NCBI GenBank assembly: GCA_950097015.1
Contig: CATNEN010000041.1
Coordinates: 3,224,001-3,288,000, forward strand
From: Macrostomum hystrix
Taxonomy: Eukaryota > Animalia > Platyhelminthes
Direction: 5' to 3'
DNA length: 64,000 nucleotides
The notes beneath the pieces were generated by a model. That model did no database searches, was not told the DNA's origin, and worked only from the letters and a program-made list of their open reading frames with translations. Shown here piece after piece: positions 61,301 to 64,000 of this stretch (positions are counted from its first letter, which is position 1; every line of letters begins with the position of its first letter). The position numbers were made by a program, and so were the translations under genes.

Positions 61301-63818
61301 GTGGATGCCGGCATCACTGGATCACCTGCGCGAAACCGCAGTTTTAGTATTCCGTGGTCGCAAGGGGGGTGGCGTGCAGTGAGACTTTTTGCTTCATCTT
61401 AATTCGATTGAATAACTCATTATTTTGTTGTACATATTATTATTTTCAAATGAATAGTCATTAAAAAGAATGTGCAATCGCTTGTTTCATTTTGATGGTG
61501 GATGAATTGTGAATCAGCGACACCTAAAATTCCTAAGAGACCTAAAAGACCTAAGAGTCGTACCAAAAATCTAGCAGAGGTAAAATTACATTTGAAGCAA
61601 TGCTCTAAACAAAAAATGTTAAAAAACGCTTAACTTGAAAAAAGTTAAGAGTTTCAGAAAACTTAATTTCCATCTTCCTGCCCAAAAGAACAACATTTTG
61701 TTATAACTATTGACTTTGGATTAAAAGTTTACTAGGAAATCTAAAGCTTTCTCTGTAGACAGTAAACTGCATTGCTTACATAATTTGTTTCGGAGACATT
61801 GTCCAAAAAGTGCGTTTTAATCATCCGAATATTTACAAAAATTATTAGAATCTCATTTTTACTTTTATTTGCCAATTTAATTTTTACTAAAATATTTATC
61901 GCATTTTTGTAATCTCAAATATATATTCTTCTTGATGCAAGAGCTTCGGCATTGACTGGCCTTCCCGATTGGGACTGGTCAGGGCCCAGACTAAACAACA
62001 GCAAAATTATAGTTTCGGAGAAATTGAGATGTTGCCATACGTGTACATACACCCTTGTATGTGTTAAACATACCATTATGATTTACAAAGAAGTTACAGA
62101 CTTGGCTATGCTATATGGCTAGCTTTAACTGTGAGGTGTAATTTTTCTCATGCTTGCTTCAATGTAAGCCTAACATAATAATGCTCTTTGTATACACTAT
62201 GTTTGTTGATCATCTTTGATATGAATTAAGAGTGAATTAAGGAATTAAATGAATTAATGTAAACTAAAAAAATAGGAATTTTTTGCTCTGCCAGAAAATT
62301 CTTACCAGAAATCTCTGGTGCACATGCACACAACACAATATGATCTTAAGTGTGGGCCTAAAAATATATTAGCTAATATAATGTAGGTAACAAACTACAT
62401 AAAATTTATTTAGTTAATGGTTCTACATGTTTACTTTATGTATACTTCATTATTATAATAAGTATTGTTGAAGTTATATAAACTTATTCTATAGAACCTT
62501 TTGTTAACTTCAAATTTTGTCTAAATTGGCAAGCATGAAAAAACTTATTAAAGTTACATTTTATACACTGACAACTAAATTATTTCTCTCCCTATTTAGC
62601 TTGTTGCTATATCAACATAAGTAAGGGTAGATTATATTCTACTTGAAAATTAAATAACAAATTTTGTCTCAAGCTTGAATGATATGTGCATGTGTAGTAT
62701 AGCTTCATATAACATACATGTGCAACACCCAGCCGAAGTGGCCGGGTGAAACGAGTGCCAAGCAAGGTAAGTCGCAAAAACCAATCGACCAAGTGCAAAA
62801 AAATCAAAGGGGGGACCAAGGGACAAAAAAGGAAGGCATGAAGAAAAGGAAAAAGGGGAGAGAAAAAAAGAGCAAATGAGAGCAAACTAAGTCATAAATT
62901 GAGCAATGAAACAAACTAAGTTGCAAATGAGAGCAAGCTAAGTCTCACGGCTGGCTAAGATTTGGGAGGTTGCGCATGTATGTTCATATAATGATAGCTA
63001 TTGTAACAACTAAACTATAACATTAAACAATATAGTTGCCACTGTATGGTCAAATAAATCACTTTGCTTGCTCACTTGCTAACATTCAAGTACTTGCTTT
63101 AAATCTTGGGAGCCATAGTCAGGAAAGTGGCACAGCATGTGTTTGAATAAATTTTGGAAGGACAATCTGTGCACCATCTGTGTGCTGTCTGTGCGCCAAT
63201 TGTGTGCCCTCTATGTGCTGTTTCTGTCCCCTAACCCTGACCCTACACTGAAAAGCACCCTATTTTAACCCTAAGGGTATATGATATATTAATGTTACAA
63301 AATAAGATACGCTCATACAGTTAGGTTATACCATTCACAGATCGTCGCCCAGGTTGATAATCTACTCTAACTGTTGATCATCACTTTCATTAGTGCATAC
63401 TTGTGTGCAGAGACCTTAGTGTATGCTATGCTTGTGCATCAATGTGCATTGCCTAAATGCCAACTGCCAGAAATATTGCATGTTTAACAATATATAGTCA
63501 ATATATTATTATTTGTATTGTAGTATGTATTGTATACTTCAATTTAATTTCACAGTCTTTGTATGCATTTTCTTTTGCTTTTGTAGTTAATTGTTGTTTG
63601 TCGTTTTTCAGTCCAGTAATGTTTATGGTCTACCTAGCTATAAAAAAACGACTCCCAGAAAAAATTATTTGAAGCCTTTGTGCCATGACTCTAATAGTAT
63701 TTCAAGGCTTGTAATACACTATGTAAAACAACAAGTGGCTAAATAACTTCAGGTAAGTTGCTCAGCAAATTAGTGCCAGCTTCCAGTTTGCTGATCAGCA
63801 AAGCCGGCTGGGCCCACA

Positions 63819-64000
63819 ATGTCTGCTGAGACTCGCAGGCGGCCCCACAGTGGTGCGAAGGAATCCAGCAAGAACGGCGCCAAGGACGACTTAAGCTTTG
63901 GCAAGAAGGTCGAAGCAGCCGAGTCCAGGCGGCGTATGCCCCGGAGCAGCAGCCTGAACCGACTGCAGGACATGGAGACGCTGGAGCGGGCCATCAAGGA
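63819..64000 (+). CDS. 5' end of an unidentified protein-coding gene (runs off the window)
   Basis: A 46-nt 5'-UTR intron (GTAAGT 63753 ... CAG 63798), then an ATG-initiated, GC-rich open frame MSAETRRRPHSGAKESSKNGAKDDLSFGKKVEAAESRRRMPRSSSLNRLQDMETLERAIK. Confidence 0.65.
   Translation, partial: MSAETRRRPHSGAKESSKNGAKDDLSFGKKVEAAESRRRMPRSSSLNRLQDMETLERAIK

Noticed and set aside
63225-63280. Telomere-like taaccc motifs
   Set aside because: Only two or three scattered imperfect units, not an array

Overview
This is eukaryotic (metazoan) genomic DNA, not prokaryotic. It has GC-rich exons, GT-AG introns, AT-rich intergenic DNA, and roughly a quarter of the window in about 28 unrelated minisatellite arrays. 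The layout and the flatworm-type chloride-channel sequences suggest a free-living flatworm such as Macrostomum, but that is inference. Most long ORFs in the supplied track are read-throughs of tandem repeats. Genes I could assemble exon by exon with consistent phases: an F-box/LRR gene (-), a RalGDS-family RasGEF (+), a gene joining a CFAP97/Hemingway-like domain to a degenerate annexin core (+), a Cys-loop anion-channel locus (-), a class II aldolase-family gene (+), GLRX3/PICOT (-), a stand-alone HOIP/RNF31-like B-box+NZF ORF (-), an ankyrin-repeat + MAP3K-like kinase (-), and the start of one more gene at the right edge. Mobile DNA comprises three tRNA-derived SINE copies (one CORE-type), LINE RT and RNase H relics, a BEL/Pao 3' end with its LTR, and a Gypsy 5' end with LTR/PBS/gag/protease. 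Three observations stand out. (1) The channel locus has two near-identical large first exons (ECD+M1-M2) but only one M3-M4 exon, which looks like a variable-exon/constant-exon design. (2) Several intronic minisatellites are built from the exon end plus the 5' splice site, and none from a real 3' splice site. (3) The CFAP97-annexin fusion. All gene models are manual and lack transcript support.
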